The translations under genes were made by a program, and so were the position numbers. From Gammaproteobacteria bacterium (GTDB lineage Bacteria > Pseudomonadota > Gammaproteobacteria > UBA4575), in assembly GCA_965243395.1 (NCBI GenBank), contig CBDEUS010000002.1, forward strand, positions 704,001 to 768,000: a DNA stretch of 64,000 bases. The letters are read 5' to 3'. Of the stretch, positions 19,966 through 28,919 are shown piece by piece. Below the pieces are notes generated by a model. It had not been told where the DNA came from and ran no database searches. It saw only the letters and a list, made by a program, of their open reading frames with translations. The stretch's first letter is position 1. The number at the start of each line of letters is the position of its first letter.

Positions 19966-20691
19966 ATGGTTGAAAAGTTTGATCCCCAAAAAAATATGAC
20001 TAGGCAAGAATCATTAACTGATTCAGTAAGTTCGTTACAGTCGGGAGATGAACGTGCGTGGTTTGAAAATGAGCTTATAAAATTTCAACAACAATTACGT
20101 GATTTACCAAATCAGGCGAGTAACCTTGAACGTGCCAAACTTGAACTTGAGATAGCTGAAGTATTTATCGGCTTAAATCGTTTAAATGATGCGTGGGAAA
20201 GTGCACGACCACTTGTTGAAATATTTATTGTCGAGCAAGAATTCGAATTTGCTGTGCGAACGTGTCGAGTGCTATATCAAGCTAACCATGAATTATCGAT
20301 CGCTGCATTGGGACAGGGATGTTGGTTAGCGGTAACGTATCCAATAAATCCAACTTTATCAATTGAGATGTTGCATAACATTGTCGATGAAACTCCTGAC
20401 AATTCTGACGGTGCTGCTGTTGCTGCGATGGCAGCACAATACATTGCTGATATGCGTGGTGCAGAAGATCGTGAAAATTTAATGTTTCTTACCACTCAAA
20501 TTGTAGCTAAGGTTGCTAAACGTCATCGAAATATTGAGGATGAAGAATCTATCAAAATATGGATTGAGATTTTAGAACTCAATGATACGGACCAGTTATT
20601 CACACGCTTAGCAAAAGTTATTGACGCCATAACAGCAGATAACTGGTGGTTTAACCGAGACGAACTTCGAGCGCAATTACCTGTTAATTAA
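19966..20691 (+). CDS. Helical (TPR-like) hypothetical protein
   Basis: 241-aa all-alpha ORF with host-like codon usage and WLAVTYP and DETPDNSDGAAVAA segments. Confidence 0.7.
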   Translation: MVEKFDPQKNMTRQESLTDSVSSLQSGDERAWFENELIKFQQQLRDLPNQASNLERAKLELEIAEVFIGLNRLNDAWESARPLVEIFIVEQEFEFAVRTCRVLYQANHELSIAALGQGCWLAVTYPINPTLSIEMLHNIVDETPDNSDGAAVAAMAAQYIADMRGAEDRENLMFLTTQIVAKVAKRHRNIEDEESIKIWIEILELNDTDQLFTRLAKVIDAITADNWWFNRDELRAQLPVN

Positions 20692-20855
20692 GGAAAAATT
20701 ACCTACTTGTGACCCAGGTCGCATTTTTTTTTCCACTAGTCCACTAATCCCCTCCATTTACGCAAATTCGGCGGTTTTTACTGCGAATTTATAGCTATAT
20801 CTCATTATTGAGAGAGCGATTTCTGTACATTAATCGCACTGAGAGTTGGACTTTT

Positions 20856-21410
20856 ATGGAGAGCGTGGTGAGCAGACCAGCACAAGAGGTTGGCTTCACC
20901 CTAATTGAGTTAATGATTGTCGTGGTAATCGTGGCAATTTTTGTAACTGTGGGTGTGCCAAATTTTCGAAACTTGATAAGTGATAATCGCTTAGCAACAC
21001 AAGCGAATCGCCTTGTATCGTCTTTGCAATTGGCGCGTTCTGAAGCTCTTAAGTTACGAACTCCTGTTTCTGTATGTCGTTCAACGAATGGCTCTTCATG
21101 TGCAGGGGCTGGAAATTGGGAAACAGGTTGGTTGGTTTTTGTAGATACAAATGGCAACGGTGACGTTGATGGGGAACGAATTTTGTTAGCTAACGCTGCG
21201 CTGAGTGGCAGTAACACACTTCGTGCTACAGCTGCCCCCTTTACAGATTTCATAAATTATCAACCGAATGGTTTGCAAAGCACAACCAATATTGCCACGT
21301 ACAGAATTTGTGATGGAAACAATCCTGATGTTGATCAAGGTCGGCAAATAACAGTTTCAACTACAGGGCGAGTTCAGACAGATCGCGGTGGTTTAGCCGC
21401 TTGTCCTTAA
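20856..21410 (+). CDS. fimT: Type IV minor pilin FimT/GspH family
   Basis: G-FTLIELMIVVVI prepilin cleavage motif, ARSEA, W..GWLVFVD and TGRV. ATG at 20856 preferred. Confidence 0.9.
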   Translation: MESVVSRPAQEVGFTLIELMIVVVIVAIFVTVGVPNFRNLISDNRLATQANRLVSSLQLARSEALKLRTPVSVCRSTNGSSCAGAGNWETGWLVFVDTNGNGDVDGERILLANAALSGSNTLRATAAPFTDFINYQPNGLQSTTNIATYRICDGNNPDVDQGRQITVSTTGRVQTDRGGLAACP

Positions 21411-21430
21411 GTTAATAAGGCAAATATTTT

Positions 21431-22042
21431 ATGAATAACAGTGTAAAAACTTTTACCAAGCCACAACATAAAAAATTTATGTCTGGGTTATCTTTAATTG
21501 AGATATTAGTAACGGTAGTTGTGTTGTCAATTGGTTTGTTGGGCATAGCGGGAATGCAGGCATTTGGTATGCGTTACAGTCATGATTCTTATGCACGTAG
21601 TCAAGCAACTATGTTAGCGAACGAATTAATTGAACGTATGCATGCTAATCCAGATGCAGTCGCAAATGGTGATTACGATGATGCAGATAACAATGCTGCA
21701 ATTAATTGTAATAGCGTAACGAATGATCCTGCACATGTATCCAATCCAGCACCTGCGTGTATGGGTACAGAGGTTTGTACTGTTACGGAATTAGCACAAC
21801 TCGATGTGTTTAGAGCAAAGTGTGGACAATTCTTGGCTGGACCTGGTGCACTTGTTGGTGGCGCAGCAAATTTATTACCAAATGGAAATCTAGCAATAAC
21901 ATGTACAGATTCCAGCGTAGGTGTTGCACCCGCATGCGAAGGGGATAACACACGTACTGTTACCGTTAGTTGGCAAGATCCAGATCAAAAGGGTGACGCA
22001 ACACAGACGTTGCAAGTTCAAGTTAATGCGAGATTCCTATAA
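21431..22042 (+). CDS. pilV: Type IV minor pilin PilV
   Basis: G-LSLIEILV, IGLLGIAGMQ and RSQATMLANELIERMHAN. Confidence 0.92.
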   Translation: MNNSVKTFTKPQHKKFMSGLSLIEILVTVVVLSIGLLGIAGMQAFGMRYSHDSYARSQATMLANELIERMHANPDAVANGDYDDADNNAAINCNSVTNDPAHVSNPAPACMGTEVCTVTELAQLDVFRAKCGQFLAGPGALVGGAANLLPNGNLAITCTDSSVGVAPACEGDNTRTVTVSWQDPDQKGDATQTLQVQVNARFL

Positions 22043-22044
22043 AT

Positions 22045-22800
22045 ATGAATAATGTAAATATACATAAGCAATTTGGTCTCTCAATTGTTGAATTGATGAT
22101 CGCATTAGCATTGTCATTAGTTGTAATGCTAATCACGACAAGTATCTATGTAAGCAATAAACAAACGTATCGATTTTTGGACCAATATAGTCTGCTACAG
22201 GAAAATGGACGTTTTGCAATTTTCTTTTTACGTGAGCATATTTTACAGGCTGGTTTTCCACGCCAGTCAAATGTAAATCCGTTTCCAGTTGTGCCGGGTA
22301 ACAATACAGGTACAAACGGAAGTGACACGATAACAGTGCAATTTAGATCTGCTGTAGATTGTTTAAATGATGTACCTGCTGGTGCATTACCGTTGAGACT
22401 TACTCAGAACACGTTTCAGTTAAGTGCAAATAATGAATTGACATGCAATGGAAATGGCCTTGTGGGTGGCGTAGACCAACCTGCGCAAGCTTTAGTTGAT
22501 GGAATTGTAAATTTACAAGCTGAATACGGTGTGGATACGGATGCAGATGGAATTGCGAACAGCTATGCAAATTCTACTGTTGTTGAAGCTGGAACAATTG
22601 GGGGTGCCGGTCCGGATTGGGACAATGTCGTTTCTATACGTGTTGCTGTGCTGGTTGAAGGCGAGCCAAATACTTTAGATCAACCTCAAGCGATAACTTA
22701 TAACTTATTAGGCGTTCCAGACGCGTATAACGATCGCACACCAAGGCGTGTTTTCACAACAACCATTCCTTTGCGTAATCGCAATAAGACAATTATTTAG
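22045..22800 (+). CDS. pilW: Type IV minor pilin PilW
   Basis: G-LSIVELMIAL, LQENGRFA, LVDGIVNLQAEYGVDTDADG and RRVFTTTIPLRN. Confidence 0.92.
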   Translation: MNNVNIHKQFGLSIVELMIALALSLVVMLITTSIYVSNKQTYRFLDQYSLLQENGRFAIFFLREHILQAGFPRQSNVNPFPVVPGNNTGTNGSDTITVQFRSAVDCLNDVPAGALPLRLTQNTFQLSANNELTCNGNGLVGGVDQPAQALVDGIVNLQAEYGVDTDADGIANSYANSTVVEAGTIGGAGPDWDNVVSIRVAVLVEGEPNTLDQPQAITYNLLGVPDAYNDRTPRRVFTTTIPLRNRNKTII

Positions 22801-23325
22801 GTGGTAATCATGTTGAATTCAATTAGTAAACAAAATGGTGTTGTTTTAGTTGTTGGTTTGTTGATGTTGCTTGTCATTACGATCGTTGGTGTAACGGCAA
22901 TGAGTGACACCACGATGAATGAAAGAATGACATCAAATCATCAGTTTCAAACTTTAAGTTTTCAAGCTGCAGAATCGGCCATTCACGATAATTTTAACAT
23001 ACCATCGGTTTCACCATCTGTTACCGCAGTGAATTGGTTTATTGATCCTGCACCAACAAACTATAACGTAGATATCAAGAGTGGTACTCCGTTAGGTGTA
23101 CAAGCAGACGCCAGCATTCAATTTTGTGGTGAAGAATTACCTATGGGTTCAGGTTTTTGCAATGGTCTTTCAGCTGGTTGTGATATCGACCAGGTTTTTG
23201 ATGTTACGGGTGAAGGGCAAGTGAGTGCGCTCGGCACTCAAGAGCAACATTTACGTAGGGGAGCACGTGCCATGCTTAGTGCAGGGTTAGCATTTGATAC
23301 AACGAAATGTGATCAGGTGCCATAA
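22801..23325 (+). CDS. pilX: Type IV minor pilin PilX
   Basis: QNG-VVLVVGLLMLL (no Glu5), ERM and FQAAESAI. Confidence 0.88.
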   Translation: MVIMLNSISKQNGVVLVVGLLMLLVITIVGVTAMSDTTMNERMTSNHQFQTLSFQAAESAIHDNFNIPSVSPSVTAVNWFIDPAPTNYNVDIKSGTPLGVQADASIQFCGEELPMGSGFCNGLSAGCDIDQVFDVTGEGQVSALGTQEQHLRRGARAMLSAGLAFDTTKCDQVP

Positions 23326-23376
23326 ATCAAATAAAAGGATTTTTTTATGATATTTATTAATGAGAGTTGGAATTTT

Positions 23377-26300
23377 ATGAAAACGTTAACACAGAAAGTT
23401 AGTTTGCTTGCGTTTGTAAGCACAATTGTATTTATTAGTGGTTTTACAAACGTCTTTGCAGAAGACATAGAGATTTATGATCGCATTCAAACAGAACCTA
23501 ATGTTCTGTTTATTCTCGATCAATCTGAAAGTATGTTAGAGCTTGTTGGAAGCACAGGCTTAACTCGTGATCAAATTGTTAAGCAGGCATTTCAACAAGT
23601 CATGAGCCAAACATACAACAACCTTAATGTAGGGTTTATGGATTATGGTCGCAATAATGGTGCAGGTGTAGATCTTCCCGTTGCAGATGTTAACGAGCTT
23701 GCAAGAAATATTGAACCTAATGTTGTGAGCACTACCGAGACTTATGCATCAATGTTAAGTCGGTTTGTTGCAAATGTAGAAGGCCCTCAACCCAATGCAA
23801 AAACGGCAACTGTCGAAGCACTATTGGAAGCTGCCAAGTATTATCGTGGAGAAATTCTAGACAATAAAAGCCAGGGTTACCAAGGTCCTCCAGGTATATG
23901 GAATGATGGTGACTCCGATTATTGGGATTCTGTTACTGGTTCCGGAAATTCTCACTGGCGTGCTGCGGGTCCTCGCACATACTCAGGTGGTAGTTGGCAA
24001 TCTTCAAGTACACCAGGGCCTTATGGACCAACTTGTAAAACGACAAACATAGCAGGAGTATCACTACCTGTTTGTACTAATCCTTGGCCAGGTAGTTGTT
24101 GGAATGTGCCTTATCAACCACCGGTAAATAATCCATTTGTTCCGAGTCACCCTCATGGTTCTAAATGTATTGACCCACCTGGATACGGGTGTTTATTGTG
24201 GAATGTGGATAACACGGAGTGTGTAACATCGGGCTGCTTGGGTGGTACTGAACCTGCGTATTACCATACCCACGCAGCATCTACTACGCCTGAAGTGCCT
24301 GCACATACACGATGTAAAGAAACAGGTACATCAACTAGTACTGGTTTTAATGGAGATCGTTTCTATATCTCTCCGATTCAAACTGCATGCACCGAAAACT
24401 TTATTGTTTTGCTATCCGATGGCGGGCCAACTATTCTTGGTAATCACGAACAAACCTCGATAAAAAATATAGCGGGTATTTCATCATGTGAAAACTTGTC
24501 AGCGGCTGGTTTTAATGATCCTTCAATTCAACAAAAAGGTGTTTGTGGACCTGACTTAGTGAAAGCTTTAGCGAATGACGACCAAGCTTCTGGCGTCACG
24601 GGTATACAGACTATTAATACCTACACCGTTGGCTTTGATTTAGGAGCGGGTGCTTCAGAGGCAAAAGATTACCTACAGAAGCTAGCAACAGATGGCAATG
24701 GGCAATTTTTTGATGCAAATGGTGCTGGCGGTGTATCGGGCTTAGTAAATATTTTCCAAAATATTTTCAATTCCATTACACAAAAACCACTTACTGTGGC
24801 GCGTGTCGGATCGACTATTGATGTGAGTACATTGTCATCCAGTCGTGATGAGTTATATGTGCCTACGTTTGCAGCAGCGCCCGGTCAACCACGATGGCCT
24901 GGTAACTTAAAAGGCTACACGATGGATCCTGCGGGTTTCTTGAAAGGTCTGGATAATAATCCGGCATTTACGACCGCAGGAGATTTTAATCCTTCATCAA
25001 GAAGTTATTGGTCTGCATCTGCAGACGGCGGTAGCATTGAAAGCGGTGGTGTTGCGAGTCGATTATATCCATCAGTTCGAAATTTATATACTGATGATGG
25101 ACCAGGAACGTCACGAAGCTTTGAAGATTTGATCGCATCTAACTTTGATGAAAACGATGTTGCATTGTTTGGTTTAGTGTCTACTGGTGATGATGATGAT
25201 GATGAAGACATGGTACAAGAACATGTTGAATGGGTTCGTGGTGTGGATGTAGATGATGAAAATTCCGATGGTAGTAGCACTGACTCAAGGAATTTCATTG
25301 GTGATGCATTGCATACCGATCCAGTAGTTGCGAACTACGACGGATCTAAAACAGATCCTGTTGTGGGGGGTTCAATTGATCGTGTCGTTTACTTCATGAC
25401 TAATGAAGGTTTTATCCATGCGATTAATGTTACAGGAAACACTGATACGACCGGAGGTACTGAGTTATTTGCTTATATGCCGAGTGACTTGTTACCTAAT
25501 ACGGATCTTTTACGTAGAGATGTGGGTGGAGGTGCAAAAGTATATGGATTAGACGGCCCATTAACGTTACATCAAGTAGGTGGTCTGACAAATGTTGCAG
25601 GCAAGAAATATTTGTATTTTGGAATGCGACGCGGTGGCATGAATTATTATGCAATGGATGTAACCGATCCGCTTTCACCATCACTCATGTGGGTTATTGA
25701 GGGTGGTACAGGCGACTTCAAAGAAATGGCTCAGTCTTGGTCTAAACCAATTGTTACTAATGTAGATGTTGGTGGAACCAAAACATTAGCACTCGTGTTT
25801 GGTGGAGGTTACGATACTACACAGGACTCTGCGACAACTTATACTGCGGACATTCAAGGCCGCGCAATTTATATAGTTGACGCAATAACTGGAGACAAAA
25901 TTTGGTCTGCAGGACCAAACACTCTAACGCCTAATAGTCCAGATACACACAATTTAGATTTGGCATTAGCAAATGGTATCGCTGGTGATGTATCAGTAAT
26001 TGATTTGGATAATGATACTTATGCGGACCGAATTTATTTTGGTGATATAGGCGGTTCAATCTGGCGTATCGATATTCAAGGTGATTTAAATGGTTTGCCT
26101 GGATTTTTAAATGATTATTCAGGTTATGAATTTGCTAATTTACATGGCAACTCTACGACTGATAATAGACGCTTCTTTGGCAGACCTATTGCAGCCTTGA
26201 CACAAAACGGAAAGCTTGCGGTATCAATTGGATCAGGACATCGGTCCCATCCATTGGATCCGAATGTGCAAGATCGTTTTTATACGCTATATGATCCTAA

Positions 26301-26751
26301 TGTAAATGGTGTTCCAACTTCTGCACCTAGCGCTGTTACAGAAAGTAATCTGCAAGATATCACCGGATTCACATCTGGTTATACAAACTCATCAATGGCA
26401 GGCTGGAGATTTGATCTTGGAGTAGGTGAAAAAGTTTTCAATGAAGCGAGTGTTTTACGTGGAGAAATCTTTTTCAGTACTTATGTTCCACCAGCGACTG
26501 TATGTAGTAATGATCCAAATGGTTCAAGATTATTTGTCTTGGATCTCGAGGGTAATGCTTCAAGAGACTTAGATGGAGATGTAAGTAACGGTAAAGATTT
26601 CTTTATTACAGTAAATAATTTTGGAATACTTCCGAAGATGGCTCTTCATTATGGCTCAACAGGTCAAGTAAGGAGTGTATTTTTACCTAATGTTGGTAAT
26701 GTTTATTCAACTGGAATACTGGAAGATCGCTTCTGGACGAATAATCCTTAA
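23377..26751 (+). CDS. pilY1: Type IV pilus adhesin PilY1/PilC
   Basis: Signal peptide, vWA MIDAS (LDQSESM), WPGNLK, YGLDG, FGMRRGG, FGGGYD and Ca-binding-like DLDNDTYAD. ATG at 23377 preferred. Confidence 0.92.
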   Translation: MKTLTQKVSLLAFVSTIVFISGFTNVFAEDIEIYDRIQTEPNVLFILDQSESMLELVGSTGLTRDQIVKQAFQQVMSQTYNNLNVGFMDYGRNNGAGVDLPVADVNELARNIEPNVVSTTETYASMLSRFVANVEGPQPNAKTATVEALLEAAKYYRGEILDNKSQGYQGPPGIWNDGDSDYWDSVTGSGNSHWRAAGPRTYSGGSWQSSSTPGPYGPTCKTTNIAGVSLPVCTNPWPGSCWNVPYQPPVNNPFVPSHPHGSKCIDPPGYGCLLWNVDNTECVTSGCLGGTEPAYYHTHAASTTPEVPAHTRCKETGTSTSTGFNGDRFYISPIQTACTENFIVLLSDGGPTILGNHEQTSIKNIAGISSCENLSAAGFNDPSIQQKGVCGPDLVKALANDDQASGVTGIQTINTYTVGFDLGAGASEAKDYLQKLATDGNGQFFDANGAGGVSGLVNIFQNIFNSITQKPLTVARVGSTIDVSTLSSSRDELYVPTFAAAPGQPRWPGNLKGYTMDPAGFLKGLDNNPAFTTAGDFNPSSRSYWSASADGGSIESGGVASRLYPSVRNLYTDDGPGTSRSFEDLIASNFDENDVALFGLVSTGDDDDDEDMVQEHVEWVRGVDVDDENSDGSSTDSRNFIGDALHTDPVVANYDGSKTDPVVGGSIDRVVYFMTNEGFIHAINVTGNTDTTGGTELFAYMPSDLLPNTDLLRRDVGGGAKVYGLDGPLTLHQVGGLTNVAGKKYLYFGMRRGGMNYYAMDVTDPLSPSLMWVIEGGTGDFKEMAQSWSKPIVTNVDVGGTKTLALVFGGGYDTTQDSATTYTADIQGRAIYIVDAITGDKIWSAGPNTLTPNSPDTHNLDLALANGIAGDVSVIDLDNDTYADRIYFGDIGGSIWRIDIQGDLNGLPGFLNDYSGYEFANLHGNSTTDNRRFFGRPIAALTQNGKLAVSIGSGHRSHPLDPNVQDRFYTLYDPNVNGVPTSAPSAVTESNLQDITGFTSGYTNSSMAGWRFDLGVGEKVFNEASVLRGEIFFSTYVPPATVCSNDPNGSRLFVLDLEGNASRDLDGDVSNGKDFFITVNNFGILPKMALHYGSTGQVRSVFLPNVGNVYSTGILEDRFWTNNP

Positions 26752-26771
26752 ACAAGACTTTACTTTTAATT

Positions 26772-26801
26772 AAAAAACGCCGCAGTTGCGGCGTTTTTTT
26801 T
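26772..26801. terminator. Bidirectional rho-independent terminator
   Basis: aaaaaacgccgca-gt-tgcggcgtttttttt between convergent genes. Confidence 0.9.
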
Positions 26802-26816
26802 GGATTAGAGTTTTAA

Positions 26817-27458
26817 TTAATTATATTTTTTTGCATATTCTTCATATGAGCCATGAAAACCCACATGATCTTTTTTATTAAACGGGTCCGTGCTTTTATT
26901 TTTCATCGGAGTTTGTGCACCATCACCGAATTTAGATAAATATTCATCTATTCCACCTTGATAGGCTCCACTACTATTTTCGCCGCCATGTGATTGGTTA
27001 TTGGATTTTGCCAGGTACTCTTCCATACTCATAGAACTTGCGCCAGGAGTTGATGATTTAATAGGTGCTTCTGTGGGTGCAGCTTTTTTGCCTGTCATAT
27101 ATTCATCAATACTTCCAGAAAATCCTTGATGTAGTGTTACGTTTGCTTTCAGTTGTTCACTGCGTTCATGTGCAGATTGTGCAAGATATTCATCAATGCT
27201 CATAGAAGTTGAATCATGTCCTTGCGCATTTGATGAAGAGCTTGGTTTAGACGCTGTTTGTTTTGTAGCACTACTACTTGTAGCTTTAGCAGGCTTGGTA
27301 GTAGTGGATTCTTGCTGAGTACTCGCTTGTTGATTGGACGTTTCTGCAGAACTTTCTGCAGCAAGCCTTCTACGGTCATCGATATAAAATCCTGCAATAA
27401 CACCAAAAATAAATATGCCAACAATGGGCCAAATAATTTTTTCAGATAGTGCGGCCAT
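26817..27458 (-). CDS. Membrane-anchored low-complexity protein with five (S/G)-x-(D/E)EY motifs
   Basis: N-terminal TM, Ser/Thr/Gln-rich linker and repeated SIDEYL-like motifs. GAGG RBS upstream. Confidence 0.8.
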   Translation of the reverse strand: MAALSEKIIWPIVGIFIFGVIAGFYIDDRRRLAAESSAETSNQQASTQQESTTTKPAKATSSSATKQTASKPSSSSNAQGHDSTSMSIDEYLAQSAHERSEQLKANVTLHQGFSGSIDEYMTGKKAAPTEAPIKSSTPGASSMSMEEYLAKSNNQSHGGENSSGAYQGGIDEYLSKFGDGAQTPMKNKSTDPFNKKDHVGFHGSYEEYAKKYN

Positions 27459-27624
27459 GGGGCTAACCTCGTTATGATAATGACTAGATTAGTAGTGAAT
27501 CTAGTTGTTTCTTATAAGTAGAATAGTTTGGTTAAATTCTAAAACATATTCATTGCCGGTTATAGCTAGAATTGAATTTTTCTTGAGTAAAACTTCGAGT
27601 GCAGTTCTTTAACAAATTTTAACT

Positions 27625-28689
27625 ATGCAAGACATTATTCATATCGATATGGACGCATTTTATGCGGCTGTGGAGCAAAGAGATTTTCCACAATACCGTA
27701 ACAAACCTGTGGTTGTCGGTGGTGATCCTGATAAACGTGGTGTTGTAGCAACTTGTAGTTACGAAGCGCGTAAGTTTGGTATTCATTCTGCAATGGCTTG
27801 TGCGCGTGCGCAGCGTCTATGTCCGAATGCAATTTTTGTGCGGCCACGTTTTGAAATCTACCGACAAATTTCGCAGCAAATCCGCGACATCATGTTTAGT
27901 TATACCGATTTAGTTGAACCGCTTTCACTAGACGAAGCGTACTTGGACGTTACGCACTGTAAGCGCAGTTTTGGCTCGCCTACTTTGGTGGCTAAGGCCA
28001 TTAAGAATGAAATACTGCAAACAACTGGCCTTACTGCATCAGCAGGTGTTTCGTATAATAAATTTATAGCCAAAATTGCATCGGATATGGATAAACCCGA
28101 TGGACTTACATTGATCACAGAAAAACAGGGCCCAGAATTTGTAAAACAATTACCGATTGGAAAGTTTCATGGAATAGGTCCTGCAACAGAAACCAAAATG
28201 CAAGATTTAGGCATTTACACTGGTGAAGATTTACTTGCCTGGAGTCTTGATGAGCTGAAAGCAATTTTTGGCAAAGTAAGCGAATACTATTATCACGCGG
28301 CTCGAGGAGTTGATCGACGTAAAGTAATGAGTCATCGAAAACGTAAGTCGATCGGTTCGGAACAAACCTTTAGTGAAGATATAAAAGATAAGAATGAAAT
28401 GTTAGTTAAGTTGCAACAGCTAGCCACAGAGGTGTGGCAGGATATGCATACAAAAAATATTAGCGGTCGTACTATTACCGTAAAAGTAAAGTTCGATAAT
28501 TTTGTTCAAGTAACCCGTGCAGCGACATTAGCAGGGAATATCAGCAGTCTTGAAGACATCCTGGGGCAACTTGAAGATTTACTGAATAAGGCTGAGGTTG
28601 AAGGCAGGCGTGTACGTTTATTAGGCGTTGCCGTTTCTAAATTAACCACGCTGGAAAGCATTGATGAAGAACAACTTACGCTTCTATAA
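27625..28689 (+). CDS. dinB: DNA polymerase IV
   Basis: HIDMDAFYA, CSYEARKFG, SLDEAYLD, AKIASDMDKPDG and a C-terminal QLTLL clamp-binding motif. Confidence 0.97.
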   Translation: MQDIIHIDMDAFYAAVEQRDFPQYRNKPVVVGGDPDKRGVVATCSYEARKFGIHSAMACARAQRLCPNAIFVRPRFEIYRQISQQIRDIMFSYTDLVEPLSLDEAYLDVTHCKRSFGSPTLVAKAIKNEILQTTGLTASAGVSYNKFIAKIASDMDKPDGLTLITEKQGPEFVKQLPIGKFHGIGPATETKMQDLGIYTGEDLLAWSLDELKAIFGKVSEYYYHAARGVDRRKVMSHRKRKSIGSEQTFSEDIKDKNEMLVKLQQLATEVWQDMHTKNISGRTITVKVKFDNFVQVTRAATLAGNISSLEDILGQLEDLLNKAEVEGRRVRLLGVAVSKLTTLESIDEEQLTLL

Positions 28690-28830
28690 AGGCTTATCCT
28701 TGAATGTTTTTTATACGTCTAAATACCCTTACATAATATGTAGGTATAGATAAGTAAGCTAGTATTAATGCAGGTACGCCTTATATATTGTAGACAATGG
28801 GGCCTTGTAGTAATGTTTAACCTAAAGGAA

Positions 28831-28852
28831 GTGACACTTATATATATGTCAC
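28831..28852. promoter_or_regulatory. Inverted repeat (candidate operator) upstream of the Mo-oxidoreductase
   Basis: GTGACA-cttatatata-TGTCAC. Confidence 0.35.
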
Positions 28853-28919
28853 ATGATCAACCTGCTCGTTCATCGCCAGCAAAATATTAGCGAATCTAGA
28901 GTAGTGGAGGAGATTCAAA

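Noticed and set aside
20795-21253. 152-aa antisense ORF over fimT, and the many other short antisense or alternate-frame ORFs inside long genes
   Set aside because: They lie wholly within well-supported genes and show no motifs.
25188-25209. (GAT)n run in pilY1 as a phase-variation tract
   Set aside because: Trinucleotide, in-frame, encodes an acidic DDDDDED loop and cannot shift frame.
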